Source of the DNA: an uncultured Methanosarcinales archaeon
GTDB taxonomy: Archaea; Halobacteriota; Methanosarcinia; Methanotrichales; Methanotrichaceae
Length of the DNA: 64,000 bases
Direction: 5' to 3'
Assembly: GCA_963843555.1 (NCBI GenBank)
Contig: CAWJKV010000009.1
Span: forward strand, 1-64,000
The position numbers were made by a program, and so were the translations under genes. Shown in pieces: positions 31,143-44,500 of the stretch. Below the pieces are notes generated by a model that saw nothing but the letters and a program-made list of their open reading frames with translations, was not told the DNA's origin and did not search any database. The stretch's first letter is position 1, and each line of letters begins with the position of its first letter.

Positions 31143-31625
31143 ATGGAGAGATGGACAGAGAATTCTGAAAAGGCCTGCATCTTTTGCGAAATTGTGGAGG
31201 GAAGAGCCCATTCTCATAAGATCTACGAAGACGATCTGACGCTATGCATCCTGGATATCAATCCCTTTTCGAGAGGCCACTCTCTGGTGATCCCCAAGAG
31301 ACATGTTCCCTGGTGGCATGAGCTATCAGTTGAAGAGAATGCCAGCCTCTTCCGGGTGGCGAAAATTGTGGCTGAGAAGATGATGCATTCCCTCCAGCCG
31401 GACTTTGTCTGCATGTTTGCTCGCGGCAGAAGAATTCCTCATACGCATATCTTCCTGGTTCCGACCTACAGCGGAGATGTGCTGGATAGGTTCTTCAATG
31501 CTCTGGAGCTATTTCAGGAGTCGCCGCCAGGGCTTGCAGCTCTGAGTGAATGCAAATCGATGGAAGAGACAGCCGAATCAATTCGAAAAGCCCATATCAA
31601 GCCTGGCCAAACTGATCAAATCTAA
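31143..31625 (+). CDS. HIT family hydrolase
   Basis: CIFC, DINP..GHSLVIPKRH, IPHTHIF (third His replaced). Confidence 0.85.
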   Translation: MERWTENSEKACIFCEIVEGRAHSHKIYEDDLTLCILDINPFSRGHSLVIPKRHVPWWHELSVEENASLFRVAKIVAEKMMHSLQPDFVCMFARGRRIPHTHIFLVPTYSGDVLDRFFNALELFQESPPGLAALSECKSMEETAESIRKAHIKPGQTDQI

Positions 31626-31707
31626 AAGTTATATGGCAGACTCCTCACGGCGTTTTATAAGGGCTGCAATAATAGTAATATAGCAGATCCACTTTCTGAT
31701 TGGATCG

Positions 31708-32460
31708 ATGGATATGAAGCTAGGAATCTCAACCTGGGCCTATCAGGATCTGCCGCTGCCGCAAGCACTCGAAAGAATCTCCCTGCTCTCCGACCGAGCC
31801 GAGATCCTTTGTGAGGCCAGGCACAGCCTTCTTTGCCCCGAAAACCTGGAGTCGACATTCTCATTCTCCTTGAAATACACCGTGCACGGTCTCGTGGCGG
31901 ATGTCAATATCGCCAGCATATATCCTGAGTTAAGGGAGGCCTCTGTAAATTTGCACCGCCGGGCCATCCAGGCCAGCGCCGAGGCTGAAGCAGAGCTTTA
32001 CGTCATCCATCCCGGCTTCACATCCTGGAGCTTTTACAGTTGTGATGCCCTGCAGTCTCTGGATCGATCGCTATCAGAACTTGCTTCTTTGCAGGAGGAG
32101 CTTGGGATTCGCCTGGCTGTTGAGAATATGCCCAATAGCGATTGGCTTTTCTTCAAAAAACCTGACCTGGAGCTGCACGGCATGGGCCTTGTGCTCGATG
32201 TGGGCCATGCCCAGACCTGCGGCACTCTATCGGATTTCTTGAGCCATCCGGCCCTGGCGCACGTTCATTTGCATGATAACTCAGGAAATAGCGACGATCA
32301 TTTGCCCCTGGGCAGAGGTTGCATAGATCTTAAGTCCGTGCTCAAAGTAATAGAGGAGCAAAAGATCTCCGCCGCCCTGGAACAAAAGACGGAAGAGGGT
32401 GTGCTGGAAAGCCTTGAAAACTTAAAAAATCTAAAAACCACGTCGAAAAAAGCAAAATAG
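31708..32460 (+). CDS. Sugar-phosphate isomerase/epimerase (AP endonuclease 2 TIM barrel)
   Basis: IHPG, AVENMP, LDVGHA, HVHLHDN, DDHLPLGRG. Confidence 0.85.
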   Translation: MDMKLGISTWAYQDLPLPQALERISLLSDRAEILCEARHSLLCPENLESTFSFSLKYTVHGLVADVNIASIYPELREASVNLHRRAIQASAEAEAELYVIHPGFTSWSFYSCDALQSLDRSLSELASLQEELGIRLAVENMPNSDWLFFKKPDLELHGMGLVLDVGHAQTCGTLSDFLSHPALAHVHLHDNSGNSDDHLPLGRGCIDLKSVLKVIEEQKISAALEQKTEEGVLESLENLKNLKTTSKKAK

Positions 32461-32536
32461 AGTTGCCGCCAGGGAAAGGAAAGAGGAATAAGCTGAGCCA
32501 GAGCATGAACTCAGTCTTTCCGAAAAAAGATGTGTC

Positions 32537-35500
32537 CTAAATGCTTATTCCTTCTTCCGAAGTGTTCATGTTCCAATCAGGTGGCTGCCATCCATCATAT
32601 CTTGTAGTCTTTGGCGCTATCCCTGTATCCTTCACATCCACATAGGCAGATGCTTCGGCAGTATCGCTACCTGAACCATCTACCGCACTTGCATCCAAGT
32701 GCACACTGTTGGTGTAAGCTCCATTCCTTGTGGCATGTACGGTATACTCGATGGTCACCACTTCATTTCGGTTCCAGTTCAGGAAGAACCCAATAGATGT
32801 GATTCGCATCATAGCTTTCTGGCATCAGAGAGGCTTCGATGAGGCTCATGCCTGCCGGAAGCTGATCAGTCAATCTGGCTGCCATAGTGCCATTGGCGTT
32901 ATTCTTAACCATAATGGTGTAATGCACTACGGACGGATCTTGAGAGTCCAATTGAGCTCTTCTTGTCAATGGTTACCTGAGGCTGGCAGCAGCCCAGAAA
33001 ACCAGATTCCAGAGACGAATAATTCGCGGCAGACACATAAATATCACCGGCCAATCCGACGACCTCGACGCGGTTTATTAGATTGCTCGACGCCTCATCG
33101 GTCACATTCAGTTTCAGAGTAATGGTCAATGTATTGCCTATGCCCAACTGGAGTATAGTCCAGTTTGCGTCACTGGATGAGAGCATCGATGGCTTGACTG
33201 AAGAGCTGATGAACTCTGTGCCGGACGGGAAGAGGTCTCGGACATATACAGGGGCCAGAGCGCGATTGCCGTCATTCGTAAGGGTAATTACGTATTCAGC
33301 TACGGTTGCATTGACCCGTTGAACCATTCTGACTTTGTCCGGCCTTCTTTGGCAACAGCGATATGCGGCTGATCGTACCTCGAAACACCTGCAAGGAGAA
33401 CATGCCTCGACACGCCGTATTCGCCCAGATAACGCTCCTCGTTGTCCACTTTTCTGCGGAGCATCGGAGCCGGCCGCTTTCACCCTGTAATCCGCAACAC
33501 CATTGAAGGTCGCATTAGACTTCATCTCATTCAAACCGAGGGAGATCGCATCTTTCTTCAGATACTCCAGAGATGAGTACTTCTCGCTGATAAGGCTGGC
33601 AGGAGATGTGCCGTTATTGGGCGACGCAACTTTCAACGATCTTGCCGCCCGAAGAATCCTTATCTGCGACTATATCGCCTCCTCGGAGAGAGCCGCTCTT
33701 GGACCACATGCCTTCGTTCCACTTTATGTCCTGTTTAGCCTGGCCATTCGGGGAATAGTTGAAGGTGCTGGGTTTATGAGCCAATTCGATATCTTTAGAC
33801 ATGTAATTTGTGAAGGTATCGATCTTTTCTTCGCTCTTATAGGCACCAGTACCAGATTCGGAGGTCTTCTGCGAATCACGCAGCCTCTTGTCTGCTGCCA
33901 CGAAACCTTCACCAGATGCGAACTTCTCGGTGACAACATTTGCACCGTATTCTTTAAAGGACATATTCAACTGGAATTTGCCGCTGTAATCCTCCTCAGC
34001 CTCAAAGATCGGTTTCTTCTGTGCCCCATCTTCTGGCGAAGACTTCTTGGCAAAGCCGATGCTGCCCATCCCATCAAAGCTGGAGTCCACCTTCATCTCC
34101 GAACCGTTCTCGTCCATCTTAATATACGAATCCCGGTCTAAACTGGTGGCATAGCGATAAGACTCATGCATGGTAGCACCGGTGACAAAGTTCTTGCCGC
34201 GGCTTTCCTCGGTCCACTTTGAAGTGTAATTGAGGTCTCTACCATTAGGCAACCTGGAAGCTGGTCGGATGGTAGCTGGCAGAGACGCTCTTTTGAGACT
34301 CGATAGACCTGTTCTCCGTAACCATTTTCGTCTCTTCATCAGTCCTGTATTCACCGCTTCCGTGTTCCCTTGTTTCCAATTCGGTGCCAATGTCCTTTAT
34401 GGCCACGCTGAGACAGGTTTGCTTCGACCATGACTCAGGCCCTACCGTCGCGGTTACATAGACGCAATTCGTAACCAGGAAGGAAGGCACAGCTGTGGAT
34501 AAGTCGCTATGCACATTGACAAAACCTTTTCCGGATACACTTTGCGACATATCAAAGGTCATATTTGACTCTGGATAGACTGCTACGACTGTCATCTTCT
34601 GCGCAGCTCTTAGGCGGAATCTGAGAGAAGTACCATTGACCATCTTCATTGGGTTCCGGATCGCTGGACACGATTCTAACTCCAGGGTTTTGGAAGACAT
34701 CCTTCACTATCACATCTTCCAGTGAGATGTATTCCAGAGGGTTGCAGACAGTGATGGTGTAGGTCATCTCTTCTCCTGGTCGATATGTCGATTTATCAGA
34801 GGTTTTTGATATGATGAACGGTGCGGGTTTGGCCGTTACATTTACATGTGCTTTGTCTCCCACGAGAACGCCGTCAGCTTGTCGCTGATGGATTGAATCT
34901 TTACTTTGTTGTCCAGGTTCCCCAGAACCGTTCCACTGATTGATGCCTCCAATTCAATCTTGATCATCTCCCCAGGCCCAAGGCACCCTAGATCATCCCA
35001 GGCTACCCGGTTCGGTTCAGCCAAGACACCGCCATGATCGTCCCGGATATAGCTTAGACCTTCGGGAAGGATATCCTGGGATGACACCTGGCAAAGCTCT
35101 GCCGAGCCTGTATTATTGATAACGATGGTGTAATTGATAACGGTTCCTGGTACTCCGTCCGGCTGGGAGGCTTCCTTTGTGACGTTTACACCAGCATTCT
35201 CTACGAAGACATCAGCAGTATCTGTAGCAAGGACATCATCACCAAATTCGGGAATTCCTGTAGTGTTAATCTCATTTGTGACTTTTCCCAGGACTGCTCC
35301 TGTGATCAGGGTTTTTAGGTCCAAATTGTGACTCTGTCCCGAATTCAGAGGGCCCAAATCATTCCAGGTCAAAACCCATCTTCCACCTATCTGGACCGCG
35401 CTGGTCGGTGACGGTGTACTGTTTGACAGATAATCCAGGCCAGGCGGAAGAACATCTACAGCCTTGACATGAACCAGTTTCACAGTTTCATTATTGGTGA

Positions 35501-38500
35501 TCTTTATGGGGAAGGTCACAATGGTTCCCTTAAAGCCCTCATTGGGATCTGCGGTTTTGTCAACGGTTATGCCAGAAATCTGGGCCACGACATCAGCCGT
35601 TGCACTGGAGGTTATATTCTGGCCATGGTCGGGCTTGCTCATTACTTGTACAACATTTGTCAATTGACCTATAGCAGAGCCATCAAATTTCGCTCTGATG
35701 GATAACGCCTTTTCGGCATTGATCGCAAGAGGGCCTATGTCAGACCAATTGATATAACGACCATTATTTAGGCCTTCATTTGAGGAAGAGACGTAGCTCA
35801 TGCCGTCCGGCAGGAGATCGCGGACGAAGGTATGAGACAGAGCTGTGCTGCCAGTATTCTTGATAGTTATTGTGAATGTGACAATCATGCCAGGTGTACC
35901 AAACGTGGGATTGGCAATCTTGCTAACGGATACATTGGCTTCATGGGCGTTCACGCTTGCGAAGGCATTGGCTGTAACATTCTGGCCATGCTCGGGTTTA
36001 CCTGAAACATCGACTAAGTTAGTCAGAGCCCGGGTGCCGGATATGGGGCCGTCGATTTGGGCTATGATCTGCAACGATTTGCTGGAACCGGGTGCCATGG
36101 GACCGATGTCGGACCAGGAGACATGCTGGCCGACTCGTGTGCTGCCCGATGAAGATGCGATGTAGCTCATGCCTTCCGGCAGAAGATCACTGACAAAGAC
36201 ATGCGACAGCGGAGCGTTACCCGTATTCTCGACCTGCAGAGTAAAGGTGACGTTGGTGCTGGGAGAGCCGAAAGTTGGGTCGGCAATCTTGAGAACAGCT
36301 ATCTTGGCTTCCTGGGAGTTCACGCTTGCAGAAGCATTGGCTGTGACATTCTGGCCGTGCTCGGGTTGGCCTGAAACATCGACTAAGTTGGTCAGAGTCC
36401 GGGTGCCGGATATGGGCCCATCGATGTGGGCTACGATCTGCAACGATTTGCTGGAGCCGGATGACATGGGACCGATGTCGGACCAGGAGACATGCTGGCC
36501 AACTCGGGAGCTGCCCGATGAAGACGAAATATAACTCATGCCATCCGGCAGAAGATCACTGACGAAGACATGCGGCAGCGGTGCATTGCCTGTATTCTCA
36601 ACCTGCAGAGTAAAGGTGACGTTGGTGCTCGGTGAGCCGAAAGTCGGATCAGCAGTCTTGCTGACGGATATCTTGGCTTCATGGGCGTTCACGCTTGCGG
36701 AGGTATTGGCTGTGACGTTCTGGCCGTGTTCGGGTTGACCTGACACGTCCACGTAGTTGGTCAGAATCTTGGTGCCGGATATGGGGCCGTCGATTTGGGC
36801 TATGATCTGCATCGATCTGCTGGTGCCGGATGGCATGGGACCGATGTCGGACCAGGAGACATGCTGGCCGATTCGTGTGCCGCCAGGTGAAGAGGAGACA
36901 TAGCTCATGCCATCCGGCAGAAGATCACTGACGAAGACATGCGGCAGCAGAGCATTGCCCGTATTTTCGACGAGCAGTGTGAAGGTGACGTTGGTGCTCG
37001 GTGAGCCGAAGGTGGGATCGGCGGTCTTGTTGACAGATATCTTGGCTTCCTGGGCGTTCACGCTTGCGGAGGCATTGGCCGTGACATTCTGGCCGTGCTC
37101 GGGTTGGCCTGACACGTCCACGTAGTTGATCAGATTTTTGGTGCCGGATATGGGGCTGTCGATGTGGGCTACGATCTGCAACGATCTGCTTGTGCCGGAT
37201 GGCATGGGACCGATGTCGGACCAGGAGACATGCTGGCCGATTCGTGTGCTGCCCGATGAAGACGCGATGTAGCTCATGCCATCCGGCAGAAAATCACTGA
37301 CGAAGACATGCGGCAGCAGAGCGTTGCCCGTATTCTCGATCTGCAGAGTGAAGGTGACGTTGGTGCTCGGTGAGCCGAAGGTGGGATTGGCGGTCTTGTT
37401 GACAGATATCTTGGCTTCCTGGGCGTTCACGCTTGCGGAGGCATTGGCCGTGACATTCTGGCCATGCTCGGGTTGGCCTGAAACATCGACTAAGTTAGTC
37501 AGAGCCCTGGTGCCGGATATAGGGCCGTCGATTTGGGCTATGATCTGCAACGATTTGCTGGAACCGGGTGCCATGGGACCAATGTCGGACCAGGAGACAT
37601 GCTGGCCGATTCGTGTGCTGCCAGGTGAAGAGGAGACATAGCTCATGCCATCTGGCAGAAGATCACTGACGAAGACATGCGGCAGCGGAGCGTTGCCCGT
37701 ATTATCGACGAGCAGTGTGAAGGTGACGTTGGTGCTGGGTGAGCCGAAGATGGGGTCGGCGGTCTTGTGAACGGCTATCTTGGCTTCCTGAGCCCGAACT
37801 TCTGCCGAGTCATTGGACGTTACATTCTGGCCGTGCTCGGGTTGACCTGAAACGCCCACGTAGTTGGTCAGATTTTTGGTGCCGAATATGGGACCGTCTA
37901 TACGGGCCATGATCTGCAGCGATTTGCTGGCGCCGGATGACATGGGACCAATGTCGGACCAGGAGACATGCTGGCCCACTCGGGAGCTGCCCGATGAAGA
38001 CGCGATGTAGCTCATGCCATCCGGCAGAAGATCACTGACGAAGACATGCGGCAGCGGAGCGTTGCCCGTATTTTCGACGAGCAATGCAAAGGTGACGTTG
38101 GTGCTAGGTGAGCCGAAGATGGGGTCGGCGGTCTTGCTGATGGAGATCTTGGCTTCCTGGGCGTTCACGCTTGCAGAGTCATTGGCTGTGACATTCTGGC
38201 CGTGCTCGGGTTGGCCTGAAACGCCCACGTAATTGGTCAGATTTTTGGTGCCGGATATGGGACCGTCGATATGGGCTACTATCTGCAACGATCTGCTGGA
38301 GCCGGATGACATGGGACCAATGTCGGACCAGGAGACATGCTGGCCGATTCGTGTGCCGCCAGGTGAAGATGAGACATAGCTCATGCCATCCGGCAGAAGA
38401 TCACGGACGGAAACATGCGGCAGTGGAGAACTGCCCGTATTTTCGACAAGCAGTGTAAAGGTGACGTTGGTGCCCGATGAGCCGAAGGTGGGGTCGGCGG

Positions 38501-41500
38501 TCTTGCGAACAGCTATCTTGGCTTCCTGAGCCTGCACGCTTGCGGAGGCGTTGGCCGTTACATTCTGGCCGTGCTCGGGTTGGCCTGAAACGTCCACGTA
38601 GTTGGTCAGATTTTTGGTGCCGGATATGGGGCCATCGATATAGGCTACGATCTGCAGCGATTTGCTGGAGCCGGATGACATGGGACCTATGTCGAGCCAG
38701 GAGACATGCTGGCCGGTGTGCGTGCTGCCTGATGAAGACGAGACATAGCTCATGCCGGTGGGCAGAAGATCACGGACGAAGACGTGCGGCAGCGAAGCGT
38801 TGCCCGTATTCTCGACGACAAGCGTGAAGGTGACGTTGGTGCCCGGTGAACCGAAGGTGGGATCGGCGGTCTTGTTGACAGATATTTTGGCTTCCTGGGC
38901 TTTCACGCTTGCGGTGGCATTGGCTGTGACGTTCTGGCCGTGCTCGGGTTGGCCTGAAACATCGACTAAGTTAGTCAGAGTACTTGTGCCGGATATGGGG
39001 CCGTCGATATGGGCTACGATCTGCAGCGATTTGCTGGAGCCGGATGACATGGAACCTATGTCAGACCAGTAAACATGCTGGCCGATACGTGCGCTGCCTG
39101 ACGAAGATGAGACGTAACTCATGCCATCCGGCAAAAGATCTCTGACGAAGACATGAGGCAGTGGAGAACTGCCCGTATTCTCGACGAGCAGAGTGAAGGT
39201 GACGTTGGTGCTGGGTGAGCCGAAGGTGGGATTGGCAGTCTTGCTGACGGATATTTTGGCTTCCTGGGCGTTCACGCTTGCGGAGGCATTGGCCGTGACA
39301 TTCTGGCCGTGCTCGGGTTGGCCTGAAACGTCCACGTAGTTGGTCAGATTTTTGGTGCCGGACATGGGGCCATCGATATGGGCTACGATCTGCAGCAATT
39401 TGCTGGAGCCGGATGACATGGGACCGATGTCGGACCAGGAGACATGCTGGCCAACTCGGGAACTGCCCGATGATGATGCGATGTAGCTCATGCCATCCGG
39501 CAGAAGATCGCTGACGGAGACATGCGGAAGAGAAGAGCTGCCGCTATTGGTGACCTGCAGAGTAAAGGTGACGTTAGTGCCCGGTGAGCCGAAGGTGGGA
39601 TTGGCGGTCTTGTTGACGGAAATTTTGGCTTCCTGGGCGTTCACGCTTGCGGAGGCATTGGCTGTGACATTCTGGCCGTGCTCGGGTTGGCCTGAAACGT
39701 CCACGTGGTTGGTCAGATTTTTGGTGCCGGACATGGGGCCATCGATATGGGCTACGATCTGCAGCAATTTGCTGGAGCCGGATGATATGGGACCGATGTC
39801 GGACCAGGAGACATGCTGGCCGACCCTTGTGCTACCCGATGAAGATGCAATGTAGCTCATGCCATCAGGCAAGAGATCGCGGACGGAGACATGCGGCAGT
39901 GAGGAGCTGCCCATATTCTCGACAAGCAGAGTGAAGGTGACGTTGGTGCTGGGTGATCCGAAAGTCGGGTCGGCGGTCTTGCGAACAGCTATCTTGGCTT
40001 CCTGAGCCCGAACTTCTGCCGAAGCATTGGCTGTGACATTCCGGCCGTGCTCGGGTTGGCCTAAAACGTCCACGTAGTTGGTCAGATTTTTGGTGCCGGA
40101 TATGGGGCCATCAATATGGGCTACGATCTGCAGCGATTTGCTGGAGCCGGATGACATGGGACCGATGTCGGACCAGGAGACGCCCTGGCCGGTGTGCGTG
40201 CTGCCTGATGAAGACGAGACATAGCTCATGCCGGTTGGCAGACGGTCTCGGACTGAGACGTGCGGAAGAGGGGAGCTGCCCGTATTCTCGACGAGCAGTG
40301 TGAAGGTGACGTTGGTGCTCGGTGAGCCGAAGGCAGGATTGGCGGTTTTGTTGACCGATATCTTGGCTTCCTGGGCGTTCACGCTTGCGGAGGCATTGGC
40401 CGTTACATTCTGGCCGTGCTCGGGCTGACCTGAGACATCGACTAAGTTAGTCAGAGTCCGGGTGCCGGATATGGGGCCGTCGATGTGGGCCACGATCTGC
40501 AGCAATTTGCTGGAGCCGGATGACATGGGACCGATGTCAGGCCAGTAGACATTCTGGCCAACTCGGATGCTGCCCGATGATGATGCGATGTAGCTCATGC
40601 CATCAGGCAAGAGATCGCTGACTGAGACATGCGGCAGTGAGGAGCTGCCCGTATTCTCGACGAGCAGTGTGAAGGTGACGTTGGTGCTCGGTGAGCCGAA
40701 AGTGGGATCGGCAGTCTTGCTGACGGCTATCTTGGCTTCCTGAGCCCGAACTTCTGCGGAGGCATTGGCCGTTACATTCTGTCCGTTCTCGGGTTGGCCT
40801 GACACGTCCACGTAGTTGGTCAAATTTTTGGTGCCGGATATGGGACCATCGATGTGGGCTACGATCTGCAACAATCTGCTGGAGCCGGATGATATGGGAC
40901 CGATGTCGGACCAGTAGACATGCTGGCCGATTTGTGTGCCCTCAGGTGAAGATGAGACATAGCTCATGCCGGTGGGCAGAAGATCGCGGACTGAGACATG
41001 CGGCAGTGGAGAACTGCCCGTATTCTCGACGAGCAGTGTGAAGGTGACGTTGGTGCTGGGTGATCCGAAAGTCGGGTTGGCGGTCTTGCGAACAGCTATC
41101 TTGGCTTCCTGAGCCCGAACTTCTGCCGAAGCATTGGCTGTGACATTTTGCCCGTGCTCGGGTTGGCCTGACACGTCCACGTAGTTGGTCAGATTTTTGG
41201 TGCCGGACATGGGGCCATCGATGTGGGCCACGATCTGCATCGATTTGCTGGAGCCGGATGACATTGGACCGATGTCGGACCAGGAGACATGCTGGCCAAC
41301 TCGGGAGCTGCCCGATGAGGATGCTATGTAGCTCATGCCGGTTGGCAGAAGGTCTCGGACTGAGACATGAGGCAGAGAAGCGTTGCCCGTATTTTCGACG
41401 AGCAGAGTGAAGGTGACGTTGGTGCTCGGTGAGCCGAAGGTAGGATTGGCAGTCTTGCTGACGGAGATCTTGGCTTCCTGGGCGTTCACGCTTGCGGAGG

Positions 41501-44500
41501 CATTGGCGGTTACATTCTGGCCGTGCTCGGGTTGGCCTGAAACATCGACTAAGTTAGTCAGAGTACTTGTGCCGGATATGGGGCCATCGATATGGGCTAC
41601 GATCTGCAACAATCTGCTGGAGCCGGATGACATGGGACCGATGTCGGACCAGGAGACATGCTGGCCAACTCGGGAGCTGCCCGATGTAGACGAGATGTAA
41701 CTCATGCCATCCGGCAGAAGATCGCGGACTGAGACGTGCGGCAAAGAAGCGTTGCCCGTATTCTCGACGACAAGCGTGAAGGTGACGTTGGTGCCCGGTG
41801 AACCGAAGGTGGGATCGGCGGTCTTGTTGACAGATATTTTGGCTTCCTGGGCTTTCACGCTTGCGGTGGCATTGGCTGTGACGTTCTGGCCGTGCTCGGG
41901 TTGGCCTGAAACGTCCACGTGGTTGGTCAGATTTTTGGTGCCGGACATGGGGCCATCGATGTGGGCCACGATCTGCATCGATTTGCTGGAGCCGGATGAC
42001 ATGGGACCGATGTCGGACCAGGAGACATGCTGGCCAACTCGGGAGCTGCCCGATGAAGACGAGATGTAACTCATGCCATCCGGCAGAAGATCGCTGACGA
42101 AGACATGCGGCAGCGGAGCGTTGCCCGTATTTTCGACGAGCAGAGTGAAGGTGACGTTGGTGCTCGGTGAGCCGAAGGTGGGATTGGCAGTCTTGCTGAC
42201 GGCTATCTTGGCTTCCTGGGCCTGAACTTCTGCGGAGGCATTGGCTGTGACGTTCTGGCCGTGTTCGGGTTGACCTGAAACATCGACTAAGTTAGTCAGA
42301 GTCCGGGTGCCTGAGATGGGGCCATCGATGTGGGCTACGATCTGCAACAATCTGCTGGAGCCGGATGACATGGGACCGATGTCGGACCAGGAGACATGCT
42401 GGCCAACTCGGGAGCTGCCCGATGAAGACGAGATGTAACTCATGCCATCCGGCAAAAGATCTCTGACGAAGACATGCGGCAGAGAAGCGTTGCCCGTATT
42501 CTCGATCTGCAGAGTAAAGGTGACATTGGTGCTAGGTGAGCCGAAGGCGGGATTGGCAGTCTTGCTGACGGCTATCTTGGCTTCCTGGGCGTTCACGCTT
42601 GCGGAGGCATTGGCCGTGACATTCTGGCCGTGCTCGGGTTGGCCTGAAACATCGACTAAGTTAGTCAGAGTACTTGTGCCGGATATGGGGCCATCGATAT
42701 AGGCTACGATCTGCAACGATTTGCTGGAGCCGGATGACATGGGACCGATGTCGGACCAGGAGACATGCTGGCCAACTCGGGAGCTGCCCGATGAAGACGA
42801 GATGTAACTCATGCCATCCGGCAAAAGATCTCTGACGAAGACATGCGGCAGAGAAGCGTTGCCCGTATTCTCGACGAGAAGAGTGAAGGTGACGTTGGTG
42901 CTAGGTGAGCCGAAGGTAGGATTGGCAGTCTTGCTGACGGAGATCTTGGCTTCCTGGGCGTTCACGCTTGCGGAGGCATTGGCCGTGACATTCTGGCCGT
43001 GCTCGGGTTGGCCTGAAACATCGACTAAGTTAGTCAGAGTACTTGTGCCGGATATGGGGCCATCGATATGGGCTACGATCTGCAACAATCTGCTGGAGCC
43101 GGATGACATGGGACCGATGTCGGACCAGGAGACATGCTGGCCAACTCGGGAGCTGCCCGATGAAGACGAGATGTAACTCATGCCATCCGGCAGAAGATCG
43201 CTGACGAAGACATGCGGCAGAGAAGCGTTGCCCGTATTCTCGACGAGCAGAGTGAAGGTGACGTTGGTGCTCGGTGAGCCGAAGGTAGGATTGGCAGTCT
43301 TGCTGACGGAGATCTTGGCTTCCTGGGCGTTCACGCTTGCGGAGGCATTGGCCGTGACATTCTGGCCGTGCTCGGGTTGGCCTGAAACATCGACGTAAGT
43401 TAGTCAGAGTACTTGTGCCGGATATGGGGCCATCGATATGGGCTACGATCTGCAACAATCTGCTGGAGCCGGATGACATGGGACCGATGTCGGACCAGGA
43501 GACATGCTGGCCAACCCAGGAGCTGCCCGATGAAGACGAGATGTAACTCATGCCATCCGGCAGAAGATCGCTGACGAAGACATGCGGCAGCGGAGCGTTG
43601 CCCGTATTTTCGACGAGCAGAGTGAAGGTGACGTTGGTGCTAGGTGAGCCGAAGGTGGGATTGGCAGTCTTGCTGACGGCTATCTTGGCTTCCTGGGCCT
43701 GAACTTCTGCGGAGTCATTAGCTGTGACGTTCTGGCCGTGTTCGGGTTGACCTGAAACATCGACGTAAGTTAGTCAGAGTCCGGGTGCCGGAGATGGGGC
43801 CATCGATGTGGGCTACGATCTGCAACAATTTGCTGGAGCCGGATGACATGGGACCGATGTCGGACCAGGAGACATGCTGGCCAACTCGGGAGCTGCCCGA
43901 TGAAGACGAGATGTAACTCATGCCATCCGGCAGAAGATCGCTGACGAAGACATGCGGCAGAGAAGAGCTGCCGCTATTGGTGACCTGCAGAGTAAAGGTG
44001 ACGTTAGTGCCCGGTGAGCCGAAGGTGGGATTGGCGGTCTTGTTGACGGAAATTTTGGCTTCCTGGGCGTTCACGCTTGCGGAGGCATTGGCGGTTACAT
44101 TCTGGCCGTGCTCGGGTTGGCCTGAAACATCGACTAAGTTAGTCAGAGTACTTGTGCCGGATATGGGGCCATCGATATAGGCTACGATCTGCAGCGATTT
44201 GCTGGTGCCGGATGACATGGGACCGATGTCGGACCAGGAGACATGCTGGCCAACTCGGGAGCTGCCCGATGAAGACGAGATGTAACTCATGCCATCCGGC
44301 AAAAGATCGCTGACGAAGACATGCGGCAGTGGAGAACTGCCCGTATTCTCGACGAGCAGAGTAAAGGTGACATTGGTACTCGGTGAGCCGAATATAGGAT
44401 CGGCGGTCTTGCGAACAGCTATCTTGGCTTCCTGGGCCTGAACTTCTGCGGAGGCATTGGCCGTGACATTCTGGCCGTGCTCGGGTTGGCCTGAAACGTC

